Source: a virus (lineage: Duplodnaviria > Caudoviricetes). Taken from it: a DNA stretch of 51,401 nucleotides. Every line of letters begins with the position of its first letter. Position 1 is the first letter of the stretch. A model generated the notes under the pieces. It saw nothing but the letters and a program-made list of their open reading frames with translations. It did not search any database and was not told the DNA's origin. Where the stretch lies: positions 1 through 51,401 of the IMG/VR virus record IMGVR_UViG_3300037439_000104. One strand, written 5' to 3'. Positions 27,202 through 36,368 of this stretch are shown here, piece by piece. A program made the position numbers and the translations under genes.

Positions 27202-28710
27202 CGCCGGGCCAGGACTGACCCGTCGACATTCATCGATCTCCACCCACCGCAGAGCCTCGGCATGAGACAGCGCGGCGTCGAACGAATCGCGGTCTCGCTT
27301 GTGCGCCATCCGCCGCAGATCGGAACGCGACATCGGGCCCTTCTCGCGGATCTTCTTGCTGATCCACGCCGCCAGCCGCTCCACCGTCGAGTCGACACCG
27401 CGCTGCGCAAGGTGGATCGCGACCGCCTCCTGCTTGCGGCGCTCAATCAGCGCCAGCTCCTTCTTCGCCGACTCCTGCCGGCCGAACTCGATCAGCCGGT
27501 CCCGGACCGCACACGACGTGGCCCAGACCAGCCCGCCGAGATCCCAGTCCTCCTGCGTGACCTCAAACCGCTCATCGAGAAGGGCGAACAGGGCGGCGAG
27601 CTTGCACCGCATCAGCGGCACGTGGGAGTCCAGTTCGTCAACGATCACCAGGCCGCGCTGCCGGGCGAGCTGCTCACGGCGAAGCTGCGCCCGGAGGTCG
27701 GCGGGGAACGACACCACCGGCTCGATGCCGGCCGGCAGTTGACCGCACAGCGGTAGCCGCATCGGCGTCGGGAGCGGCACCGGCTCGTCGGGAATGGACG
27801 GGTCGATCGCCGACAGCCAGAGGAACCGCTGCGGCGTGCCGGGCCCGCCGTCGGCGAGCAGATCCTGCGCCACCTGCGGCTGGTAGCCGATGAGCAGGCC
27901 CATGCTGTACGAGCCGTCGGGTAGGAATCGGGTGGTCTCTTCCCGGGCGTTGGCCTGGCCGAGGGCGCCGCCGGTCCACGCGGTCCGGATCGCCATGCCG
28001 ACGGTCGTGCCCTGCCGCTCCTTCATCATCTTGGTGAGCGTCTGGCCTTCGTCGGCGTAGAAGAACGCGTTGTTCCGGGTCTGGGCGCGGACCTTCTCCG
28101 TCTTCGGCTCGCCCTTCCGGTCGAGTTCGCCGGTCTCGCGGACGAGCATGCCCATGTACGCCTCGGCCATCCCCTCGCCGGTGCCGAGTCCGATGCCGTC
28201 GCGGAACACGTCGTGGTCGGCGGTGCCGTCCTCTCGGGACAGGTACTGCGGGGGCAGGATGAGCCGGCCGGCAGCGCGCATCGCCTCGGTCTTGCCGGCA
28301 CCAGAGGGCCCGATCAGGTTGACGAACGTGTTCAGCGAGCCGGTCGGCCCGCGGCCGGAGTCAAACTTGACCTGGTGGTGAACCATGCCGGCGGCGCGGG
28401 CGAGCAGTGCGCCGAAGACCGCGTCGGCGGAGGTGACGGACGCCCAGGCGGCCTCACGGATGGTCTTGAACAGGGGCCGGGCGGCCCAGAACTCGTCAGG
28501 CAGGTTCACCAGCGGCACGGTGGCGGCACCGGCGGCAAGGGCCTGCTCGGCAACCTCGGCGGCGGGTTCGAACTGCTCCCAGCCGTCGGGCCACAGCTCA
28601 CTGTCGAACGCCACCGAGGCGGGTTCGGTCGGCTCCCGCGTCTCCGTGTCTTCCCACGCCTGCCAGTGCGGGTCGCCGGGTGGGAACGGGTTCTCGGTCA
28701 TTACGCTCAC
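27136..28710 (-). CDS. Replication ATPase/helicase-like protein (DUF3987/YfjI-like)
   Basis: Walker A GPSGAGKT, TGEGM, FYADEG, GGTPQRFLW; C-terminal wHTH. Confidence 0.7.
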   Translation of the reverse strand: MSVMTENPFPPGDPHWQAWEDTETREPTEPASVAFDSELWPDGWEQFEPAAEVAEQALAAGAATVPLVNLPDEFWAARPLFKTIREAAWASVTSADAVFGALLARAAGMVHHQVKFDSGRGPTGSLNTFVNLIGPSGAGKTEAMRAAGRLILPPQYLSREDGTADHDVFRDGIGLGTGEGMAEAYMGMLVRETGELDRKGEPKTEKVRAQTRNNAFFYADEGQTLTKMMKERQGTTVGMAIRTAWTGGALGQANAREETTRFLPDGSYSMGLLIGYQPQVAQDLLADGGPGTPQRFLWLSAIDPSIPDEPVPLPTPMRLPLCGQLPAGIEPVVSFPADLRAQLRREQLARQRGLVIVDELDSHVPLMRCKLAALFALLDERFEVTQEDWDLGGLVWATSCAVRDRLIEFGRQESAKKELALIERRKQEAVAIHLAQRGVDSTVERLAAWISKKIREKGPMSRSDLRRMAHKRDRDSFDAALSHAEALRWVEIDECRRVSPGPAGVYGVDMYTPREAETEGVTKS

Positions 28711-28988
28711 GCTGCGATCCCGAGGCGCCGGACCGGCTCGCCCGTTTCGAAGTCGACGGGCCCGCCGCTGTAGATCCGGTACGGCCGGCCGGCCCGCGCG
28801 GCGGCCACCTGGGCTGCCCGGTCCATCTCGGCGAGCCGGGCCTGCATCCGCTGCTCTCGGGTGGCGCAGGGCTCCGCCATCTCGAGCCACGTACCGTGGA
28901 GCTCGTTGACGTCCCGGTCGTACCGGCCGCGCTCGTAGGCGGCGAAGAGCAGGGCGTGGACCTCGTTGGCGCTGTATGTCTGGGTCAT
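28707..28988 (-). CDS. Hypothetical protein
   Basis: 93 aa, coupled to the replication gene. Confidence 0.55.
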   Translation of the reverse strand: MTQTYSANEVHALLFAAYERGRYDRDVNELHGTWLEMAEPCATREQRMQARLAEMDRAAQVAAARAGRPYRIYSGGPVDFETGEPVRRLGIAA

Positions 28989-29084
28989 CAGGTCCCCCCT
29001 GGGTCGGTGGTGGGTCGGGCGTTGGCCCCCTGCCGCGACGTGAGCGCGGGTGTGCCGGCCGGGTCCGGTCTCAGGGGTGGTGCT

Positions 29085-29585
29085 TCACCAGGGCGGTTCG
29101 TCGGTCCCGTCGCCGGGTTGGCCGAGCACCGAGTCAGCGGTCCGGTTGCTGCCGGACGATGCCGGAGCGGAAGTCGCCCACGGGTCATCGGCGCTGCCGC
29201 CGGGTGGAGCGGAGCCGACGCTGCCGCGCTGCATCTTTTGCACGTTGGCGGTCGCGTACTTCAGGGCCGGCCCAATGCCGTCGATCATCAGTTCGACGAC
29301 GGACCGCTTTTCGCCTTCCTTGGTCTCATACCGGCGGGTCTTCAACCGGCCGACGACGGTCACCTCGAGTCCGCGTTGCAGCGACTCGGCGACGTGCTCC
29401 GCCTCCTCCTTGAAGACGGTGCCGTCGACGAAGAACACGTCGCCGTCGACCCAGTTGCCGCTGTTGTCCTTCTTGCGGCTGTTGAACGCGAGCCGGACTT
29501 TGCAGATGGCGATGCCGGAGGCGGCGTAGCGGAGTTCGGGGTCGTCGGTGAGGCGGGCGACGCCGGAGATGACGGGGAGGCTCAT
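29085..29585 (-). CDS. ssb: Single-stranded DNA-binding protein
   Basis: LTDDPELRY, GRLKTRRYETKEGEKRS, C-terminal DEPPW. Confidence 0.95.
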   Translation of the reverse strand: MSLPVISGVARLTDDPELRYAASGIAICKVRLAFNSRKKDNSGNWVDGDVFFVDGTVFKEEAEHVAESLQRGLEVTVVGRLKTRRYETKEGEKRSVVELMIDGIGPALKYATANVQKMQRGSVGSAPPGGSADDPWATSAPASSGSNRTADSVLGQPGDGTDEPPW

Positions 29586-30376
29586 GCCGCACGCTCCCCG
29601 ACGATGACCTCATCGCGGAGCACCTCGGCCGGGGCGGGTGCCGGCTCAGCGGGCGGGGCGGAGTCGGGGCGGGCGTTCGCGGTCCGGAGCATCTCGCCCT
29701 GCGCGCGGGCCTGGTCGGTCAGGTACTCGTTGCTGGTCGGCACCCACTTCGCCAGCTCGTGGACCGCGGTCTTCAACCACATGGACCGGGGCCACTTCGT
29801 CCATGGCGAGTCGGCGCCGTTCCCTGACCGCGACGCGGCCTTGTGTTCGAGGACCTCTTCCTCGCCCATCTCCACCACCCGGGAGAGGGCGCCGCCGCGC
29901 ATCACGGCGTAGGCGTAGACGCCGACCATCCGACCGCGGGAGGTTTTGCCACCGAACCGGTCCCGCTTGTGCGACGGAACCTGCATGGTCGTCTCGTCGA
30001 AGTCGTAGGTGTCGTTCGAGTAAACGATCTCGGCTTTGACGGAGACGACGGCGCCGGCCCGGTACATGCGCTCGATTTCGCCCTTGTAGTCCTCGATGCC
30101 GGTGACCTTGTTGCCGAACGGCACGAAGTGGTAGGTGTCGCCGGGGCGGTGGCCGAGCTCGGCACATTCGAAGACGGCGGCGATGAACGATCCGGGGTTG
30201 CTGGCGGCGGCTTTGGCGAGGTTGTCATTGCCGCGCAGCAGGCCGATCATGGTTCGGTAGAGCTTGTCGGGGTTGACGTGGGACGGGGCGACCATGGCCA
30301 GGTCGTCGCGGTACTGCTCGACGAGGGCGGCGGGGCCGGTGTCGCGGCGGGCGACGGCGTTGGAGACGGTGCTCAC
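29582..30376 (-). CDS. recT: RecT-family recombinase
   Basis: YHFVPF..VTGIEDYKG, VYSNDTY, SPWTKW..MWLKT..LAKWVP. Confidence 0.9.
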   Translation of the reverse strand: MSTVSNAVARRDTGPAALVEQYRDDLAMVAPSHVNPDKLYRTMIGLLRGNDNLAKAAASNPGSFIAAVFECAELGHRPGDTYHFVPFGNKVTGIEDYKGEIERMYRAGAVVSVKAEIVYSNDTYDFDETTMQVPSHKRDRFGGKTSRGRMVGVYAYAVMRGGALSRVVEMGEEEVLEHKAASRSGNGADSPWTKWPRSMWLKTAVHELAKWVPTSNEYLTDQARAQGEMLRTANARPDSAPPAEPAPAPAEVLRDEVIVGERAA

Positions 30377-31341
30377 TTGGACTCCTTGCAGGGCATGAGC
30401 TTGTTGACGGTGGACGTGGTCGAGTAGTCGGCATAGACGTCAGGCAGCTCCGCCTTGAGGCGCTTCGTGTCGATGCGGGTGGTGTCGTAGACGGACCGCT
30501 GTGCGACCCGCTGCCCGCCGGCGACCGCGGTCTTGTAGTCGCCGAGCAGCGCCCGGATCCGGTTTTCGGCCTCGGCGAGCGCGGCCTGGGCGTCGGCTGC
30601 CAACTGGCGGCGGGTCCAGTACTGGTCGGCGAGGTTGAGCGGGATGGTGACAACGTCGTCGACCACGGTGGAGTGGAGCTGCTTCAACGCGGTCGTGGTG
30701 GCGACGGCCCCGTCAACGTCGGGCGGGGTGCCGGCCTCGAGACGGGCCATGAAGTCGGTGCCGGCGGCGGTGATGGTGTCGGCGTCCGCCGGGTCCCAGT
30801 CGACGACGTACTCCCGGTACGAGTTGCCGCCGGCGAGGACCGGTAGCCACGCCCGGCGGACACCCATGACGGTCATCTCTTGCTGGACCTGGGCGGCGTA
30901 GTGGGTGGGGATCTGCCCGGTGCCGGGGGCGCCCCAGCCTTCCCACGAGTGGGTGGTTTTGATCTGCATCACGGCGACCGGGTCCGTGCCGGCGACGGCG
31001 GTGATGAGACCGTCGGGGGTGGCGAGCATCCACCGGTGTTCTGGGTGCCGGTACAGGCCGCCGGGCTGGACTACGAACTCGGGATGCTGCTCGACGAACT
31101 TCTCGGCGATGGTCCGTTCATGCCGCAGCCCCCATTCCATGGCCTCGTTGACCTCGACGTCAGTGGCGAGTTGGCGGCGCCAGTAGTAGGAGAACGGGGA
31201 GTCCCACGGGCTGATGCCGAGGACGGCGGCGATGTCGGATGCGCCGATGCCCGTGCCGCGTTCGGCGAGCCAGCGACCCCGGTCGTCGCGGATCTGGTCG
31301 TCGGTGAGGATCAGCTCGGGTCGGTGGGTTGTGGTCGTCAT
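30373..31341 (-). CDS. YqaJ-like (lambda exonuclease family) recombinase partner
   Basis: WLAERGTGIGASDIAAVLGISPW, ATPDG, QIKT, YAAQVQ. Confidence 0.9.
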   Translation of the reverse strand: MTTTTHRPELILTDDQIRDDRGRWLAERGTGIGASDIAAVLGISPWDSPFSYYWRRQLATDVEVNEAMEWGLRHERTIAEKFVEQHPEFVVQPGGLYRHPEHRWMLATPDGLITAVAGTDPVAVMQIKTTHSWEGWGAPGTGQIPTHYAAQVQQEMTVMGVRRAWLPVLAGGNSYREYVVDWDPADADTITAAGTDFMARLEAGTPPDVDGAVATTTALKQLHSTVVDDVVTIPLNLADQYWTRRQLAADAQAALAEAENRIRALLGDYKTAVAGGQRVAQRSVYDTTRIDTKRLKAELPDVYADYSTTSTVNKLMPCKESK

Positions 31342-31694
31342 GCCGCTCTCCTTTCGTGGGTGATCTGGCGTCGGGCCGGGTTGGCGGGGGTGCAGCCGGG
31401 GTGCCGGTCGTGGCCGCCGGCCGCGGCGGCGGGGTCGAGCGGCGAACCGCATCCGGCGACGCGGGGGGTTCCGGCGGGCGCCGGGGCGTACGCGGGGTGG
31501 CAGGCGGCGCAGTTCCGGTCGTCGAGCCGGACCGGCCTGCCGGTCAGTGGGCTGATCGGTCTGGCGTTGCAGATGTGCGGGTAGGGCTGGTCGACGGGCA
31601 CGGCCCGGCGGAGCGCGGTGCTGGCGCCGAGCCACACCCCGGTGGGCGGGCCGCCGGCCGACTGATGCGCCGGCCGGACGGTCCGCTCGGTCAT
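31338..31694 (-). CDS. Hypothetical Cys-containing protein
   Basis: ATGA-coupled on both sides. Confidence 0.5.
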   Translation of the reverse strand: MTERTVRPAHQSAGGPPTGVWLGASTALRRAVPVDQPYPHICNARPISPLTGRPVRLDDRNCAACHPAYAPAPAGTPRVAGCGSPLDPAAAAGGHDRHPGCTPANPARRQITHERRAA

Positions 31695-31951
31695 GCCGGT
31701 ACCGCGGCGGCGACTTGGCGGGCGACGACCACGGCCGGGTCGACCTCCCACTCGCCAGTCAGCACCACGCGGCGGAGCCCGTCCCGGCGCTCGAAGTGGG
31801 CGGTGAATGAGTCGACGACCTTCACGGCGGCCTGCTCGACGTGCAGTGACGGCCCGTCGACGCCGCGGGAGATGGCGTCTTCCATCAGGTCCTGGACGTG
31901 GTGCTCGGCGCGGTGGGCGGCGGCCGGGTCGGTGCGTTCGGTGATCGACAT
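31691..31951 (-). CDS. Hypothetical protein
   Basis: GGAG RBS, 86 aa. Confidence 0.55.
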   Translation of the reverse strand: MSITERTDPAAAHRAEHHVQDLMEDAISRGVDGPSLHVEQAAVKVVDSFTAHFERRDGLRRVVLTGEWEVDPAVVVARQVAAAVPA

Positions 31952-31964
31952 CGGAGGTCTCCTG

Positions 31965-33107
31965 TCAGCGCAAACGGATGGGCATGATCACGTGCCGGTA
32001 CGCCTGCTCCGGGGCGTCGGATGGCGTGAGGACGACCGGTCGGAACGGGTCGGTGATCGAGATGACGGCGGCGGCGCTGTGCAGTCCCGCGAGCGCCTCA
32101 CCGAAGTACTGCGGGTTGACCCGGACGGTTAGTTCGGGACCGTCGTACTGGCAGTCGATGTCCTCGCCGGTCTGCGCGTCCCCGTCGCCGGCGACGGACA
32201 CCTGGCCGGCAGTGAAGGTCAGCGCGACGGATGCGGTCTTGTCCGCGCGAACCATCTCGGCCCGCTTGACCGCCAAGGTCAGCACAGCGGTGCTGACGGT
32301 GGCGGGCGTCTCGGAGTGAGGTGGGATGGTGCCGCGTACCCCGATCGGCCACTCCTCGGCGATGAGGCGGGTGACGACGGTCTGCCCGTCGTCGGTGGCG
32401 AACCCGATCACCCCGGACTCGGCGGCGTACCCGATCGTCAGGTTGCCGGGCCCGTCGAGCGTCCGCCCGATCTCGGCCAACGCCGGCGCGGGGATGGCTA
32501 GCGCCAGCTCCGTCGGCCCGGCTGGCTTCCACTCCAGTCGGCCGTCGGCGATCCGGTATCCGTCGCTGGCAACCATCTCCAGCTCGGCACCGAGTCCGAC
32601 GTAGACGCCGTGCAGCGCCTTCCGCCCGCTCTTGCCGGCCATGTCGGCGGCCGGCACGGCGCGGCCCACCAGGCGCCCGAAGTCGACCGCGTCGACCTGG
32701 CCCACCGGCGCCGGCATCGCGGGTAGCTCCGGATAGTCGACGACCAGCATCAGCGGCAGGGTCAGCTTGAGGCCGCCGCACTTCACGGTCAGCGCGACGT
32801 CCGTCATGGCCACGTCGACGGGCTTGTCGGGGAAGGTCTTCACCAGCTCGGCCAGCAGCCGCCCGGAGACGAGGGCCCGGCCGGGTGCCGCGTCGTCGAC
32901 GTCGATCCGGGCCTGGGCCGCGGTGTCGTAGTCGAACCCGGACGCGGTCAGCCGGCCGTCCTCGTCGACCTCGAGCAAGATGCCGCCCATCACCGGGGTG
33001 GTAGGCCGGTTCGGCACGTACTTGGCGATGCGGCTGATCAGCAGGGACAGGGCGCGTGGGTTGGCCCGGCAGGCCAATGCCGCGGTGCGGGGCAGGGTGG
33101 TGGTCAT
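31965..33107 (-). CDS. dnaN: DNA polymerase III beta sliding clamp (phage-encoded)
   Basis: PVMGGILLE, GRALVSGRLLAEL, DYPELP, ASDGYRI, NPQY, C-terminal IMPIRL. Confidence 0.9.
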   Translation of the reverse strand: MTTTLPRTAALACRANPRALSLLISRIAKYVPNRPTTPVMGGILLEVDEDGRLTASGFDYDTAAQARIDVDDAAPGRALVSGRLLAELVKTFPDKPVDVAMTDVALTVKCGGLKLTLPLMLVVDYPELPAMPAPVGQVDAVDFGRLVGRAVPAADMAGKSGRKALHGVYVGLGAELEMVASDGYRIADGRLEWKPAGPTELALAIPAPALAEIGRTLDGPGNLTIGYAAESGVIGFATDDGQTVVTRLIAEEWPIGVRGTIPPHSETPATVSTAVLTLAVKRAEMVRADKTASVALTFTAGQVSVAGDGDAQTGEDIDCQYDGPELTVRVNPQYFGEALAGLHSAAAVISITDPFRPVVLTPSDAPEQAYRHVIMPIRLR

Positions 33108-33304
33108 GACGGATCCTTCTCGGCGAGTAGGGCGCGGGCGAAGATGGCGGCTCGGCCGGTGGTGACGGCGGGTTCGACCCGCCGGGACTCCAGTGCGAGC
33201 CAGTCGGCGAGTGGCTCGCGGATCCGACTGGGCAGTTCGGCGGAGGTCCGAGCCGTCTCGGCGGCGGCCCGGAGTAGGTCAGGGGTGTGCCGGTGGGTGG
33301 TCAT
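33104..33304 (-). CDS. Hypothetical protein
   Basis: MTTHRHTPDLLRAAAE..., ATGA overlaps. Confidence 0.5.
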   Translation of the reverse strand: MTTHRHTPDLLRAAAETARTSAELPSRIREPLADWLALESRRVEPAVTTGRAAIFARALLAEKDPS

Positions 33305-34971
33305 GCCGTCCGCCTCGAAGTGGGTGCCTCGCCGGTCAGGGACTCGACGACGGCGGCGATGAGGTCCCGTGCGGCGGGCGGAGTGACGGCGTTTCCGAGC
33401 TGCCGGACCCGCTCCCGCTTGTTGCCGAGCACCACGTAGCCGGGCAGGAACGCCATCGCGGCCTGGATCTCGTGGGGCTCCAACATGCGGAAGGTGCAGT
33501 CCTCGACCGCGACTTGCGGGCCGAGCAGGGAGTAGGTGTCGACCGTCGGGATCGTGCCGATCGGGTCGCTTACAGGCTTGGCGGTCGCTCGGGTCGTGTA
33601 GTACGGCACCAGCAGGTGGTCCCACCGGATCAGTGACTGCATCGACGAGGCGGTCTGGGTTCGGATGGGCTCGTCAACCGGCGTGGACATCTGGCCCTGG
33701 TCGCCGCGTGCGGTGTTGTTTCGCATGACGAGTGCGTGGTGGTTTCCGGCCGCCGCGACGGTCGGCACCGGGTGATCGGCGGACCGGGCTACCCCGTTGT
33801 TTCGCAGCGGCACCACGAGCGCGTCCTGGAGTCGGGCGGTCTGGGTTCGGGCCGGGTCCGATGCCGGCCGGGCGGAGATCCCGTCGCGTCCTTCGACCGG
33901 CACCACCAGCGCCTCGGTGTCCCGGGTCGTCCGTGTCCGGAACGGCTCCGTGACCGGGGTGCCGGAGTCGTTCCACGTTCCTCCGGCGGGCACCAGCATC
34001 GGCGGCACCACAGAGCCGAGGTGATTACCCGAAGCGGTCAACGTCCGCAGCGGCTCCTCGATCGAGGTCGTGCGGGTGTCGGACGGGCCGCCTCGGTGCA
34101 CCGTGATGAACGGGGCGCTGGCGTACCGGCGCAGCCCGGCCTCGATCCGGGCGAGGGTCTTCGCGGCGAGCGGCCGGGTCCGATCCCCGATCCGGTCCCC
34201 AACGAGCGCCCAGTCGATCGCGGCGGCGGCGGGGAGCACGCCCGGGAACACCTCGCTGTTGCGGCACTGGGTGCGTGGGCACCGATACAGGTACTGCTGC
34301 CGGTAGCGGCCGTGCCGCCGGTCGGGGCGCTTCCACGCCTGCACGGCCCGGACGGACCGGTCACAGGTCGGGCACCACGCGGCGGGGCGGGTCCACGTCT
34401 CCAGGTCCGGCCGGCGGTTCCCCTTCCGCCACGCGACGACGTACAGCCGGTCGCGGGACTGCGGTGCGGGAGCGCCGACCTGCTGGGCGAACATCGAGTT
34501 GAGGTAAACGACCTGGTGGTCGTAGCCGAGGTTGTCCAGCCCGACTGCCCACGACGGCCAGAGAATCCAGTCTCGAACGTCGACGACGTTCTCGACGATG
34601 ATCGCGGCGTACCGGTGGACCTCGGCGAACCGCAGGACGTCGAACATCGTCGCCCGAGACCGCTCCGCCGCCTCGTCGGGCAGGACCTCATCGAACAGGT
34701 TCGGTTGCAGACTGTCCCGCTTCTGACCCTTCGCCTGGCTGTGGTTGGTGCACTCCGGCGAGGCCCAGAGGATGTCAGTGCTCGGGTAGCGGCGGGGGTC
34801 GGTCTGGGAGATGTCCGCGCAGTCGTGGTCGGCGCCCGGATGGTTCGTGTTGTGAGTGTCGACCGCCAGTCGCCAGTGGTTAGCGGCCATCCGGACGCGC
34901 ACGCCTGGAACCTGGATGGCGCCGGAGCTCGACCCGCCCGCTCCGCAGAACAGGTCGGTGATGGTGATCAC
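33301..34971 (-). CDS. DNA (cytosine-5) methyltransferase
   Basis: DLFCGAGG (motif I), SPECT (divergent PC), ENV, PQSRDR, QLGNAV. Confidence 0.9.
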   Translation of the reverse strand: MITITDLFCGAGGSSSGAIQVPGVRVRMAANHWRLAVDTHNTNHPGADHDCADISQTDPRRYPSTDILWASPECTNHSQAKGQKRDSLQPNLFDEVLPDEAAERSRATMFDVLRFAEVHRYAAIIVENVVDVRDWILWPSWAVGLDNLGYDHQVVYLNSMFAQQVGAPAPQSRDRLYVVAWRKGNRRPDLETWTRPAAWCPTCDRSVRAVQAWKRPDRRHGRYRQQYLYRCPRTQCRNSEVFPGVLPAAAAIDWALVGDRIGDRTRPLAAKTLARIEAGLRRYASAPFITVHRGGPSDTRTTSIEEPLRTLTASGNHLGSVVPPMLVPAGGTWNDSGTPVTEPFRTRTTRDTEALVVPVEGRDGISARPASDPARTQTARLQDALVVPLRNNGVARSADHPVPTVAAAGNHHALVMRNNTARGDQGQMSTPVDEPIRTQTASSMQSLIRWDHLLVPYYTTRATAKPVSDPIGTIPTVDTYSLLGPQVAVEDCTFRMLEPHEIQAAMAFLPGYVVLGNKRERVRQLGNAVTPPAARDLIAAVVESLTGEAPTSRRTA

Positions 34972-35879
34972 GCGGCGTCTCCCATCGCGTCGAAGAGACT
35001 GGGCAGGGCCATCTCGTGGTCGAGCGTCCGCAGGTTGTCGACCGCGGTTCGCCAGTACGAGGGCTTGAGTTCGATGCCGAGCCCGCGCCGGCCGACCTTC
35101 ACCGCGGTGTAGACCTCGGACCCGATGCCGGCGAACGGGCTCAGCACGAGCTCGCCCGGGTTCGACCACAGCCGGATGCAGCGTTCGATGAAATCGAGCT
35201 GCAGGGGGCAGATGTGCCGCTCGTCGGCGTCGTCCTTCGCCACCCGGGTGTTGAGCGTGTTGGTCTCCCGGATGCCCAGCCAGATCGGCCGGGCCCAGGC
35301 GATCCATTCCTCGTTGCTGACGTCCGACTTCACGGGCACCGGGTTGTCGCCGGGCTTGCGGAACTTGAGCAGGTAGTCGGGCAGCGCCGGCCGGAGCATG
35401 GAGGCGTCGCGGTCCTTGGTGACGAACAGCAGGCTGTGGCTCTTGGTGCGGATGGCCTGCGCCTGCGGGTCCTTGTCGACGGTCACCCGCCCGTCGAAGA
35501 TCCAGCCCTCGTCGACGAAGGCCCGAACCACCTCGCCGGAGAAGTCGGTCAGCCCGATCACGCCGTGCATGACCTTCTGCTGGGTGATGTCGGCGACGTG
35601 CACCGCGGCGATCCGGCCCGGCCGGGTGACCCGCAACTGCTCCCGGATCACGTAGCGGTAGTGATCGAGGAACTCGCCCCGGCTGCGGCTGTTGGACAGG
35701 TCGCGCGGGCTCGGTGAGTAGTTGTAGAGCTGGGCGAACGGTGGTGAGCAGACGGACATGTCGACGCTGTCGGCCTCGATCTCGGCGAGCCGTTCGCACG
35801 AGTCGCCGAGCAGCAGCCGCCACGTCGAGCCAGACTCTTCGGCGGTCAGGTAGGTGGCGTCGTAGGTTTCGGTGTTCAT
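34968..35879 (-). CDS. DNA amino-methyltransferase (N4/N6, beta class)
   Basis: CSPPF precedes HICPL...SPFAGIGS. Confidence 0.85.
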   Translation of the reverse strand: MNTETYDATYLTAEESGSTWRLLLGDSCERLAEIEADSVDMSVCSPPFAQLYNYSPSPRDLSNSRSRGEFLDHYRYVIREQLRVTRPGRIAAVHVADITQQKVMHGVIGLTDFSGEVVRAFVDEGWIFDGRVTVDKDPQAQAIRTKSHSLLFVTKDRDASMLRPALPDYLLKFRKPGDNPVPVKSDVSNEEWIAWARPIWLGIRETNTLNTRVAKDDADERHICPLQLDFIERCIRLWSNPGELVLSPFAGIGSEVYTAVKVGRRGLGIELKPSYWRTAVDNLRTLDHEMALPSLFDAMGDAA

Positions 35880-35897
35880 GTGGCGGCGCTCCAGTTG

Positions 35898-35936
35898 TTG
35901 ACGCGTGTAGATACACGCGCTAGTGTGTAGATACAC
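35898..35936 (+). promoter_or_regulatory. Promoter with two operators
   Basis: TTGACG (35898)-N17-TAGTGT (35921); GTGTAGATACAC at 35905-35916 and 35925-35936. Confidence 0.75.
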
Positions 35937-35953
35937 CTACAGGGGAGGGCGAC

Positions 35954-36181
35954 ATGCGAGGCGACATCGTTCAGGACCAGATCGGCTGGTTTTTCCGCGA
36001 CAACGGCGACGGCACCATGGATGACCTGAGCGGCAACGCCAAGGTCCAGAAGGTCACCGCCGAGGCCGCGAAGGGGCAGCCGGTTGTGCTCGTTCGCAAC
36101 GGCAAGGCCACCGGAAGCGGCGATGTGCTCGCATCCCGGGTCGCGGTCAAGCTGGCCGAGCGATACGCCCCGGTGGCCTGA
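35954..36181 (+). CDS. Small hypothetical protein, counter-oriented cassette gene 1
   Basis: GGAGG RBS; contains GQPVVLVRNGK resembling Phd/YefM. Confidence 0.65.
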   Translation: MRGDIVQDQIGWFFRDNGDGTMDDLSGNAKVQKVTAEAAKGQPVVLVRNGKATGSGDVLASRVAVKLAERYAPVA

Positions 36182-36182
36182 C

Positions 36183-36368
36183 GTGCCGCGCGGAACTACG
36201 CTGCGAGCGGTCCGCATCGGTGATCCGATGTGGGAGGCCCTTGCGGCAGGCGCCGACGCAGAAGGCACCGACCGGACCAAGTTCCTGCTGGCCGCCGCAC
36301 GCGAGAAACTGGCGCGGCTCGGCATCGAGGTGGTCGACGACATCACGCCGCCACCCCCGTCCGAGTAG
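36183..36368 (+). CDS. Ribbon-helix-helix regulator
   Basis: TTLRAVRIGDPMWEALAAGADAEGTDRTKFL is an RHH pattern; GTG 36183. Confidence 0.7.
   Translation: MPRGTTLRAVRIGDPMWEALAAGADAEGTDRTKFLLAAAREKLARLGIEVVDDITPPPPSE

Noticed and set aside
33301-35916. 871-aa fused methyltransferase
   Set aside because: The N-terminal 315 aa are an off-frame read of the amino-MTase; the real C5 MTase starts at GTG 34971 with a GTGA overlap.
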